Part shown: positions 38,701 to 47,949 of the stretch, one piece after another
How the letters are laid out: each line of letters begins with the position of its first letter
Numbering within the stretch: the first letter of the stretch is position 1
NCBI GenBank assembly: GCA_002269645.1
Contig: NIVC01003348.1
Span: forward strand, 1 to 47,949
Direction: 5' to 3'
Length of the DNA stretch: 47,949 nucleotides
Source: Macrostomum lignano
Lineage: Eukaryota
Program-made: the position numbers and the translations under genes
The notes under the pieces: generated by a model
Seen by the model: the letters and a program-made list of their open reading frames with translations, nothing else
The model's database searches: none
Told to the model about the DNA's origin: nothing

Positions 38701-41700
38701 GCTATGGTCCTTTATTGGACATTGATGGGTCCTGTAGCTATGGTCCTTTATTGGACATTGATGGGTCCTGTAGCTATGGTCCTTTATTGGACATTGATGG
38801 GTCCTGTAGCTATGGTCCTTTATTGGCACTGATGGGTCCTGTAGCTATGGTCCTTTATTGGACATTGATGGGTCCCTGTAGCTATGGTCCTTTATTGGCA
38901 TTGATGGGTCCTGTAGCTATGGTCCTTTATTGGACATTGATGGGTCCTGTAGCTATGGTCCTTTATTGGACATTGATGGGTCTCTTGGCTATGGTCCTTT
39001 ATTGGACATTGATGGGTCCTGTAGCTATGGTCCTTTATTGGACATTGATGGGTCCTGTAGCTATGGTCCTTTATTGGACATTGATGGGTCCTGTAGCTAT
39101 GGTCCTTTATTGGACATTGATGGGTCCTGTAGCTATGGTCCTTTATTGGACATTGATGGGTCCTGTAGCTATGGTCCTTTATTGGACATTGATGGGTCCT
39201 GTAGCTATGGTCCTTTATTGGACATTGATGGGTCCTGTAGCTATGGTCCTTTATTGGACATTGATGGGTCCTGTAGCTATGGTCCTTTATTGGACACTGA
39301 TGGGTCCTGTAGCTATGGTCCTTTATTGGCATTGATGGGTCCTCTTGGCTATGGTCCTTTATTGGCATTGATGGGTCCTCTTGGCTATGGTCCTTTATTG
39401 GCATTGATGGGTCCTCTTGGCTATGGTCCTTTATTGGCATTGATGGGTCCTGTAGCTATGGTCCTTTATTGGACATTGATGGGTCCTGTAGCTATGGTCC
39501 TTTATTGGACATTGATGGGTCCTGTAGCTATGGTCCTTTATTGGACATTGATGGGTCCTCTGGCTATGGTCCTTTATTGGCATTGATGGGTCCTCTTGGC
39601 TATGGTCCTTTATTGGGCATTGATGGGTCCTCTTGGCTATGGTCCTTTATTGGGCATTGATGGGTCCTGTAGCTATGGTCCTTTATTGGACATTGATGGG
39701 TCCTGTAGCTATGGTCCTTTATTGGACACTGATGGGTCCTGTAGCTATGGTCCTTTATTGGACATTGATGGGTCCTGTAGCTATGGTCCTTTATTGGACA
39801 TTGATGGGTCCTCTTGGCTATGGTCCTTTATTGGGCATTGATGGGTCCTCTTGCTATGGTCCTTTATTGGCATTGATGGGTCCTGTAGCTATGGTCCTTT
39901 ATTGGACATGATGGGTCCTGTAGCTATGGTCCTTTATTGGACATTGATGGGTCCTGTAGCTATGGTCCTTTATTGGACATTGATGGGTCCTCTTGGCTAT
40001 GGTCCTTTATTGGCATTGATGGGTCCTCTTGCTATGGTCCTTTATTGGGCATTGATGGGTCCTGTAGCTATGGTCCTTTATTGGCACTGATGGGTCCTGT
40101 AGCTATGGTCCTTTATTGGACATGATGGGTCCTGTAGCTATGGTCCTTTATTGGACATTGATGGGTCTCTTGGCTATGGTCCTTTATTGGCATTGATGGG
40201 TCCTCTTGCTATGGTCCTTTATTGGCATTGATGGGTCCTCTGGCTATGGTCCTTTATTGGCATTGATGGGTCCTCTGTAGCTATGGTCCTTTATTGGCAT
40301 TGATGGGTCCTGTAGCTATGGTCCTTTATTGGACATTGATGGGTCCTGTAGCTATGGTCCTTTATTGGACATTGATGGGTCCTGTAGCTATGGTCCTTTA
40401 TTGGACATTGATGGGTCCTGTAGCTATGGTCCTTTATTGGACATTGATGGGTCCTGTAGCTATGGTCCTTTATTGGACATTGATGGGTCCTGTAGCTATG
40501 GTCCTTTATTGGACATGATGGGTCCTGTAGCTATGGTCCTTTATTGGCACTGATGGGTCCTGTAGCTATGGTCCTTTATTGGACATTGATGGGTCCTGTA
40601 GCTATGGTCCTTTATTGGACATTGATGGGTCTCTGGCTATGGTCCTTTATTGGCATTGATGGGTCCTCTGCTATGGTCCTTTATTGGCATTGATGGGTCC
40701 TGGCTATGGTCCTTTATTGGCATTGATGGGTCCTGTAGCTATGGTCCTTTATTGGACACTGATGGGTCCTGTAGCTATGGTCCTTTATTGGACATGATGG
40801 GTCCTGTAGCTATGGTCCTTTATTGGACATTGATGGGTCCTGTAGCTATGGTCCTTTATTGGACATTGATGGGTCCTGTAGCTATGGTCCTTTATTGGAC
40901 ATTGATGGGTCCTGTAGCTATGGTCCTTTATTGGACACTGATGGGTCCTGTAGCTATGGTCCTTTATTGGACATGATGGGTCCTGTAGCTATGGTCCTTT
41001 ATTGGACATTGATGGGTCTCTGTGCTATGGTCCTTTATTGGCATTGATGGGTCCTCTTGCTATGGTCCTTTATTGGCATTGATGGGTCCTGTAGCTATGG
41101 TCCTTTATTGGACATTGATGGGTCCTGTAGCTATGGTCCTTTATTGGACATTGATGGGTCCTGTAGCTATGGTCCTTTATTGGACATTGATGGGTCCTGT
41201 AGCTATGGTCCTTTATTGGACATTGATGGGTCCTGTAGCTATGGTCCTTTATTGGACATTGATGGGTCCTGTAGCTATGGTCCTTTATTGGACATTGATG
41301 GGTCCTGTAGCTATGGTCCTTTATTGGACATGATGGGTCCTGTAGCTATGGTCCTTTATTGGACATTGATGGGTCCTCTGTAGCTATGGTCCTTTATTGG
41401 CATTGATGGGTCCTCTTGGCTATGGTCCTTTATTGGCATTGATGGGTCCTCTTGGCTATGGTCCTTTATTGGCATTGATGGGTCCTGTAGCTATGGTCCT
41501 TTATTGGACATTGATGGGTCCTGTAGCTATGGTCCTTTATTGGACATTGATGGGTCCTGTAGCTATGGTCCTTTATTGGACATTGATGGGTCCTGTAGCT
41601 ATGGTCCTTTATTGGACATTGATGGGTCCTCTTGGCTATGGTCCTTTATTGGCATTGATGGGTCCTCTTGGCTATGGTCCTTTATTGGCATTGATGGGTC

Positions 41701-44700
41701 CTGTAGCTATGGTCCTTTATTGGCATTGATGGGTCCTGTAGCTATGGTCCTTTATTGGACATGATGGGTCCTGTAGCTATGGTCCTTTATTGGACATTGA
41801 TGGGTCCTGTAGCTATGGTCCTTTATTGGACATTGATGGGTCCTGTAGCTATGGTCCTTTATTGGACATTGATGGGTCCTGTAGCTATGGTCCTTTATTG
41901 GACATTGATGGGTCCTGTAGCTATGGTCCTTTATTGGACATTGATGGGTCCTGTAGCTATGGTCCTTTATTGGACATTGATGGGTCCTGTAGCTATGGTC
42001 CTTTATTGGACATTGATGGGTCCTGTAGCTATGGTCCTTTATTGGACATTGATGGGTCCTGTAGCTATGGTCCTTTATTGGACATTGATGGGTCCTGTAG
42101 CTATGGTCCTTTATTGGACATTGATGGGTCCTGTAGCTGTGGTCCTTTATTGGACATAGATGGGTCCTGTAGCTATGGTCCTTTATTGGACATGATGGGT
42201 CCTGTAGCTATGGTCCTTTATTGGACATTGATGGGTCCTCTTGGCTATGGTCCTTTATTGGGCATTGATGGGTCCTCTTGGCTATGGTCCTTTATTGGGC
42301 ATTGATGGGTCCTCTTGGCTATGGTCCTTTATTGCGCATTGATGGGTCCTGTAGCTATGGTCCTTTATTGGACATTGATGGGTCCTGTAGCTATGGTCCT
42401 TTATTGGACACTGATGGGTCCTGTAGCTATGGTCCTTTATTGGACATTGATGGGTCCTCTTGGCTATGGTCCTTTATTGGGCATTGATGGGTCCTCTTGG
42501 CTATGGTCCTTTATTGGGCATTGATGGGTCCTCTTGGCTATGGTCCTTTATTGGCATTGATGGGTCCTGTAGCTATGGTCCTTTATTGGACATTGATGGG
42601 TCCTGTAGCTATGGTCCTTTATTGGACATTGATGGGTCCTGTAGCTATGGTCCTTTATTGGACATTGATGGGTCCTTGTAGCTATGGTCCTTTATTGGAC
42701 ATTGATGGGTCCTCTTGGCTATGGTCCTTTATTGGGCATTGATGGGTCCTCTTGGCTATGGTCCTTTATTGGGCATTGATGGGTCCTGTAGCTATGGTCC
42801 TTTATTGGACACTGATGGGTCCTGTAGCTATGGTCCTTTATTGGACATTGATGGGTCCTGTAGCTATGGTCCTTTATTGGACATTGATGGGTCCTCTTGG
42901 CTATGGTCCTTTATTGGGCATTGATGGGTCCTCTTGGCTATGGTCCTTTATTGGGCATTGATGGGTCCTGTAGCTATGGTCCTTTATTAGGCACTGATGG
43001 GTCCTGTAGCTATGGTCCTTTATTGGACACTGATGGGTCCTGTAGCTATGGTCCTTTATTGGACATTGATGGGTCCTGTAGCTATGGTCCTTTATTGGAC
43101 ATTGATGAGTCCTCTTGGCTATGGTCCTTTATTGGCATTGATGGGTCCTCTTGCTATGGTCCTTTATTGGCATTGATGGGTCCTCTTGCTATGGTCCTTT
43201 ATTGGGCATTGATGGGTCCTGTAGCTATGGTCCTTTATTGGACACTGATGGGTCCTGTAGCTATGGTCCTTTATTGGACACTGATGGGTCCTGTAGCTAT
43301 GGTCCTTTATTGGACATTGATGGGTCCTGTAGCTATGGTCCTTTATTGGACATTGATGGGTCCTGTAGCTATGGTCCTTTATTGGACATTGATGGGTCTG
43401 TAGCTATGGTCCTTTATTGGACACTGATGGGTCCTGTAGCTATGGTCCTTTATTGGCACTGATGGGTCCTGTAGCTATGGTCCTTTATTGGACATTGATG
43501 GGTCTCTTGCTATGGTCCTTTATTGGCATTGATGGGTCCTCTTGGCTATGGTCCTTTATTGGCATTGATGGGTCTCTTGGCTATGGTCCTTTATTGGCAT
43601 TGATGGGTCCTCTTGCTATGGTCCTTTATTGGACATTGATGGGTCCTGTAGCTATGGTCCTTTATTGGACACTGATGGGTCCTGTAGCTATGGTCCTTTA
43701 TTGGACACTGATGGGTCCTGTAGCTATGGTCCTTTATTGGACACTGATGGGTCCTGTAGCTATGGTCCTTTATTGGACATTGATGGGTCCTGTAGCTATG
43801 GTCCTTTATTGGACATTGATGGGTCCTGTAGCTATGGTCCTTTATTGGACACTGATGGGTCCTGTAGCTATGGTCCTTTATTGGACATTGATGGGTCCTG
43901 TAGCTATGGTCCTTTATTGGCATTGATGGGTCCTTGTAGCTATGGTCCTTTATTGGCATTGATGGGTCTCTTGCTATGGTCCTTTATTGGCATTGATGGG
44001 TCCTGTAGCTATGGTCCTTTATTGGACATTGATGGGTCCTGTAGCTATGGTCCTTTATTGGACATTGATGGGTCCTGTAGCTATGGTCCTTTATTGGACA
44101 TTGATGGGTCCTGTAGCTATGGTCCTTTATTGGACACTGATGGGTCCTGTAGCTATGGTCCTTTATTGGACACTGATGGGTCCTGTAGCTGTGGTCCTTT
44201 ATTGGACATTGATGGGTCCTCTTGGCTATGGTCCTTTATTGGACACTGATGGGTCCTGTAGCTGTGGTCCTTTATTGGACATTGATGGGTCCTCTTGGCT
44301 ATGGTCCTTTATTGGACATTGATGGGTCCTCTTGGCTATGGTCCTTTATTGGGCATTGATGGGTCCTCTTGGCTATGGTCCTTTATTGGGCATTGATGGG
44401 TCCTGTAGCTATGGTCCTTTATTGGACACTGATGGGTCCTGTAGCTATGGTCCTTTATTGGACACTGATGGGTCCTGTAGCTATGGTCCTTTATTGGACA
44501 TTGATGGGTCCTGTAGCTATGGTCCTTTATTGGACATTGATGGTCCTCTTGGCTATGTCCTTTATTGGCATTGATGGGTCCTCTTGGCTATGGTCCTTTA
44601 TTGGCATTGATGGGTCCTCTTGCTATGGTCCTTTATTGGCATTGATGGGTCCTGTAGCTATGGTCCTTTATTGGACACTGATGGGTCCTGTAGCTATGGT

Positions 44701-47700
44701 CCTTTATTGGACATTGATGGGTCCTTTTGGCTATGGTCCTTTATTGGGCATTGATGGGTCCTGTAGCTATGGTCCTTTATTGGACACTGATGGGTCCTGT
44801 AGCTATGGTCCTTTATTGGACATTGATGGGTCCTGTAGCTATGGTCCTTTATTGGACATTGATGGGTCCTGTAGCTATGGTCCTTTATTGGACATTGATG
44901 GGTCCTGTAGCTATGGTCCTTTATTGGACACTGATGGGTCCTGTAGCTATGGTCCTTTATTGGACACTGATGGGTCCTGTAGCTATGGTCCTTTATTGGA
45001 CAGTGATGGGTCCTGTAGCTATGGTCCTTTATTGGACAGTGATAGGTCCTGTAGCTATGGTCCTTTATTGGACAGTGATAGGTCCTGTAGCTATGGTCCT
45101 TTATTGGACAGTGATGGGTCCTGTAGCTATGGTCCTTTACGAGTATTTGGCTGATGGGTCCTCTACCTATAGTCCTTTATTGGACAGCTAAGCCCTGGGT
45201 CACCTTAAGGGTCCTTCAGTAGCAAACCCCGAGTTTTAGCTTGTAAAAACTACTAGATATTTTTTCCTTCCAATGTGTCTCTAAGGTGTCTGGGTTAAGG
45301 AGTTATAAATTTATAAGCAAACTAATTAACACTATTCGCAGGTAAGCTACGTGCTATCCCGCCTGCTAGCCCTGCTGTCAGCTCTGCCCCAGCTGTTCAC
45401 AGCTAAGCTGGCTGGCACCCAGCTTTTGCCGGCTAAATCGCCCGGCTCTTATCAGGTGTTTGCGCTCTTCCTTCGGCACAGGGCCTGCGTTGATGGGGCT
45501 AACTTCTTTCAGGTGAGAAGGCATCGAGAGACTGAGGAAGTTTTTTAGAGAGTTTCATCTAGATGGAGCTCAAGATAGTCCGAGAGGGAGATCGAGAGAG
45601 TGAGAGGGAGATCTAGAGAGTGAGAGGGAGATCGAGAGAGTGAGAGGGAGAGAGAGAGTTAGAGGGAGAGAGAGAGTGAGAGGGAGAGAGAGAGTTAGAG
45701 GGAGAGAGAGAGTGAGAGGGAGAGAGAGAGTGAGAGGGAGAGAGAGAGTGAGAGGGAGATCGAGAGAGTGAGAGGGAGATCGAGAGAGTGAGAGGGAGAT
45801 CGAGAGAGTGAGAGGGAGAGAGAGAGTGAGAGGGAGATCGAGAGAGTGAGAGGGAGATCGAGAGAGTGAGAGGGAGATAGAGTGAGAGGGAGATCGAGAG
45901 GGAGATCTAGAGACTGAGAGGGAGATCGAGAGAGTGAGAGGGAGATCTAGAGAGTGAGAGGGAGATCGAGAGAGTGAGAGGGAGATCTAGAGAGTGAGAG
46001 GGAGCTCGAGAGAGCCAGAGGGAGATCGAGAGAATGAGAGAGAGATCAGGAGAGTGAGAGAGGGAGATCGAGAGAGTGAGAGTGAGATCGGGAGAGCGAG
46101 ACGGAGAAATCTTACTGATTCCAAAACCAACCCATTCACGCAGGACCCGCCTCACGAGCTGCACAAGTCCTACAAATCCGTGACCTACCTCCACCTGCTA
46201 ACTAGCCTAGCCCTGGATTACGTCAGATCCTGCTATTCTCCCTACGCCAGAGAGCGCGTTGAATCTCCCGAATTAATCGGCAATAGGCTAGTGCAGACTC
46301 GAGCTGCGGACCTACTATGCAGTTTAGCCCAATGCGCCGCATCTGGCGACTCACCGGAAGCTGCCAGACAGTTGAGAGACAATCGATTACAGTTTAGTAG
46401 GCTAGCATTGCACTGCCTGTGCTCAGCACTGGCTGCCTGTTATAGTCACTGGACTGTGGAATCGCACGTGTTCTCGGCTAGGATTGTACAGTTTAATGAG
46501 ATCGGCGTTGGCTGGCTGACCAGAGCGGCTCATGTGAAATCTTTGGCTAGTCTGACTCTGCGTCTATTGGCTTTGATGAAGCCTAGTCCGATGGCTGGTA
46601 ATGCTTCAGCTGCGGATGAGGGCGCTACCAAAAAGGCTGCTGTGAGATCCGCGTCTGCTACTGCTCCTGGTGTAGGGGATTTTGTCTATCAGGTACGATT
46701 TGTTATGTTCTATTAGCTTAGATACAGTCATTAGACTGTTGATCAGGGTCATTAGATATTGTTGAGTAGGGTCATTAGATAATGTTGAGTAGGGTCATTA
46801 GATATTGTTGAGTAGGGTCATTAGATATTGTTGAGCAGGGTCATTAGATACTGTTGAGTAGGGTCATTAGATACTGTTGAGTAGGGTCTTTAGATATTGT
46901 TGACTAGGGCCATTAGATATTGTTGAGTAGGGCCATTAGACAATGTTGAATAGGGTCATCAGATTGTTGAGTAGTCATCAGATTGTTGAGTAGTCATTAG
47001 ACTGTTGAGTAGTCATTAGACTGTTGAGTAGTCATTAGACTGTTGAGTAGTCATTAGACTGTTGAGTAGTCATTAGACTGTTGAGTAGGGTCATTAGACT
47101 GTTGAGTAGTCATTAGATTGTTGAGTAGTCATTAGACTGTTGAGTAGGGTCATCAGATTTTTGAGTAGTCATTAGACTGTTGAGTAGTCATTAGACTGTT
47201 GAGTAGTCATTAGACTGTTGAGTAGTCATTAGACTGTTGAGTAGTCATTAGACTGTTGAGTAGTCATTAGACTGTTGAGTAGTCATTAGACTGTTGAGTA
47301 GTCATTAGACTGTTGAGTAGTCATTAGACTGTTGAGTAGGGTCATTAGACTGTTGAGTAGTCATTAGATTGTTGAGTAGTCATTAGACTGTTGAGTAGGG
47401 TCATCAGATTTTTGAGTAGTCATTAGACTGTTGAGTAGTCATTAGACTGTTGAGTAGTCATTGGACTGTTGAGTAGTCATTAGACTGTTGAGTAGTCATT
47501 AGACTGCTGAGTAGGGTCATTAGACTGCTAATTAGATTGTTGATCATTTCATTAGACTTATCAGGCGGTCATTGGTCATTAGTAATGAAATCTCTAAAAG
47601 ACTCTTAGTCTCTTTTATCTATGGCAGGACTGCCTGCCGCTGTCTGGCCAACCGCTGCTCATGCTTGCTCTGCGACTCGGCCTCGGCCCGGCTTGCCATA

Positions 47701-47777
47701 TCGGCGGCGATCACGTGACCTGGTACGGCTTCGTGTCCGACCTGCTGCCTCATTGCGCCGGCTCTCATCTAGGCCAA
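9235..47777 (+). CDS. DOP1: Dopey/DOP1 family protein (Golgi-endosome trafficking, MON2 partner); spliced, 9 exons in window, 3'-partial, 1337 codons
   Basis: The N-terminus ([29 protein letters not shown]...[31 protein letters not shown]) matches the Dopey_N pattern I recall (KYRNY...EWADLI...[21 protein letters not shown]). Later exons give further Dopey-like motifs ([39 protein letters not shown]). All nine exons join in frame through GT-AG junctions. Confidence 0.95.
9768..10820. repeat. Intron 1 minisatellite, 23-bp unit (GAGACTGGCTAATGGCAGACATT) with a 92-bp higher-order repeat
   Basis: About 45 tandem copies; the AAGACAAGC-type variant recurs at 10254, 10346, 10438 and 10530. Confidence 0.95.
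10935..11160 (+). CDS. DOP1: DOP1 coding exon 2
   Basis: Branch-like CTCACTAAT, acceptor CGCAG|G at 10934; encodes [16 protein letters not shown]...LVQRQ; donor CAG|GTTCGT. Confidence 0.92.
11166..11395. repeat. Intron 2 (GTA)n-type trinucleotide microsatellite
   Basis: Imperfect GTA/TTA run seen directly. Confidence 0.95.
11526..11906 (+). CDS. DOP1: DOP1 coding exon 3 (end of Dopey_N plus poly-Gly)
   Basis: Acceptor ATCAG|GCC; encodes [11 protein letters not shown]...[17 protein letters not shown]...PVVGQQ; donor CAG|GTGAGA. Confidence 0.92.
11685..11720 (+). repeat. Coding (GGC)11-GGA repeat encoding 12 Gly
   Basis: In frame in exon 3, just after YAWLLG. Confidence 0.95.
11985..12400. 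repeat. Intron 3 minisatellite, 22-bp unit (GGGAGATTATCCTAAAGGATTT)
   Basis: Diverged tandem copies. Confidence 0.9.
12535..13227 (+). CDS. DOP1: DOP1 coding exon 4
   Basis: Acceptor ATCCAG|ATC; stop-free frame [13 protein letters not shown]...PRWVLALL; donor CTG|GTGAGT. Confidence 0.88.
13250..14325. repeat. Intron 4 minisatellite, 21-bp unit (TTTAGTTGAGCAGTGTGGGAT)
   Basis: About 50 tandem copies; source of the KIPHCST ORFs. Confidence 0.95.
14367..15131 (+). CDS. DOP1: DOP1 coding exon 5
   Basis: Branch-like CCTAAT, acceptor CTCAG|GTG; encodes VSSCFVRE...[22 protein letters not shown]...DGTGK; donor AAG|GTAAGA. Confidence 0.88.
15141..15680. repeat. Intron 5 minisatellite, 30-31-bp unit (GGGTGAGATTTTGAGATTTCTTAGCTTTAA)
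   Basis: Tandem copies that decay toward the 3' end. Confidence 0.92.
15790..16338 (+). CDS. DOP1: DOP1 coding exon 6 (Ser/Ala-rich low-complexity segment)
   Basis: Acceptor CTCAG|GTA; stop-free frame VIYRVNQS...[18 protein letters not shown]; donor CAG|GTAGGA. Confidence 0.88.
16347..45187. repeat. Intron 6 satellite-scale array, 35-37-bp unit (GTAGCTATGGTCCTTTATTGGACATTGATGGGTCCT), roughly 800 copies
   Basis: Uninterrupted 28.8-kb tandem array with no unique spacers; copy number is estimated as length divided by 36. Confidence 0.98.
45342..45512 (+). CDS. DOP1: DOP1 coding exon 7
   Basis: Branch-like ACTAAT, acceptor CGCAG|GTA; encodes [12 protein letters not shown]...[15 protein letters not shown], continuing the Dopey motif begun in exon 6; donor CAG|GTGAGA. 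Confidence 0.88.
45578..46105. repeat. Intron 7 purine-rich minisatellite, ~20-bp unit (GAGAGTGAGAGGGAGATCGA)
   Basis: Tandem copies seen directly. Confidence 0.92.
46144..46692 (+). CDS. DOP1: DOP1 coding exon 8
   Basis: Branch-like TACTGAT, acceptor CGCAG|GAC; encodes DPPHE...[17 protein letters not shown]...DFVYQ; donor CAG|GTACGA. Confidence 0.88.
46730..47540. repeat. Intron 8 minisatellite; 23-bp unit (TAGGGTCATTAGATATTGTTGAG) shifting to a 19-bp unit (TAGTCATTAGACTGTTGAG)
   Basis: Tandem copies; unit length changes near 46960. Confidence 0.94.
47628..47777 (+). CDS. DOP1: DOP1 coding exon 9
   Basis: Acceptor GGCAG|GAC; encodes [50 protein letters not shown]; donor CAA|GTGAGA. This frame is not in the ORF track. 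Confidence 0.82.
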
Positions 47778-47863
47778 GTGAGAATTTCTGTTTTGCTGGA
47801 TTAATCTTAAAACTGCTTTATTGTTTTTGCTATTCATTTTTTTTGCTAATCTTTCATCTCCAT

Positions 47864-47949
47864 TAGCTACTGCATGTCCGCTCTCCCCCTCATTTTCTAG
47901 CTCCGCTCTCCCACTCTTTCTAGCTCCCTCTCCACTCATTGTCTACCTC
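47864..47949. repeat. Start of a C/T-rich repeat in intron 9 (TAGCTCCGCTCTCCCACTCTTTC-like)
   Basis: About three diverged copies before the window ends. Confidence 0.6.

Noticed and set aside
16347-45187. Well over a hundred ORFs ([36 protein letters not shown] repeats) as protein genes
   Set aside because: They are overlapping translations of a 36-bp unit in three frames, broken by frequent indels, inside a GT-AG intron whose flanking exons join in frame.
16347-45187. CRISPR array (36-bp repeat length)
   Set aside because: Units are directly adjacent with no unique spacers, there are no cas genes, and the context is a eukaryotic intron.
45994-46143. Arg/Glu-rich N-terminus of the 240-aa ORF
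   Set aside because: Derived from the intron 7 GA-rich repeat; the exon starts at the acceptor at 46144.

Overview
Eukaryotic (metazoan-like) genomic DNA, not prokaryotic. Bases 9235-47777 hold the first nine coding exons (4011 nt, 1337 codons, 3'-incomplete) of a plus-strand Dopey/DOP1 (pad-1) family gene; I assembled them by hand into one open frame across GT-AG introns. Each of the eight complete introns is largely filled by its own tandem repeat, and intron 6 is 29 kb of about 800 copies of a 35-37 bp unit, which explains nearly all ORFs in the supplied track as non-coding artefacts. The AT-rich upstream 9 kb contains transposon relics: a young Penelope-like element with inverted pseudo-LTRs, each carrying a minimal hammerhead ribozyme (4716-5353); a non-autonomous DNA transposon with an 8-bp TSD; a decayed Tc1/mariner N-terminus; and a palindromic element. 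The older relics show a CpG-deamination signature. Repeat-filled introns are reminiscent of macrostomid flatworms, but the organism cannot be established from the sequence alone. All protein and family assignments come from recalled motifs, not database searches.
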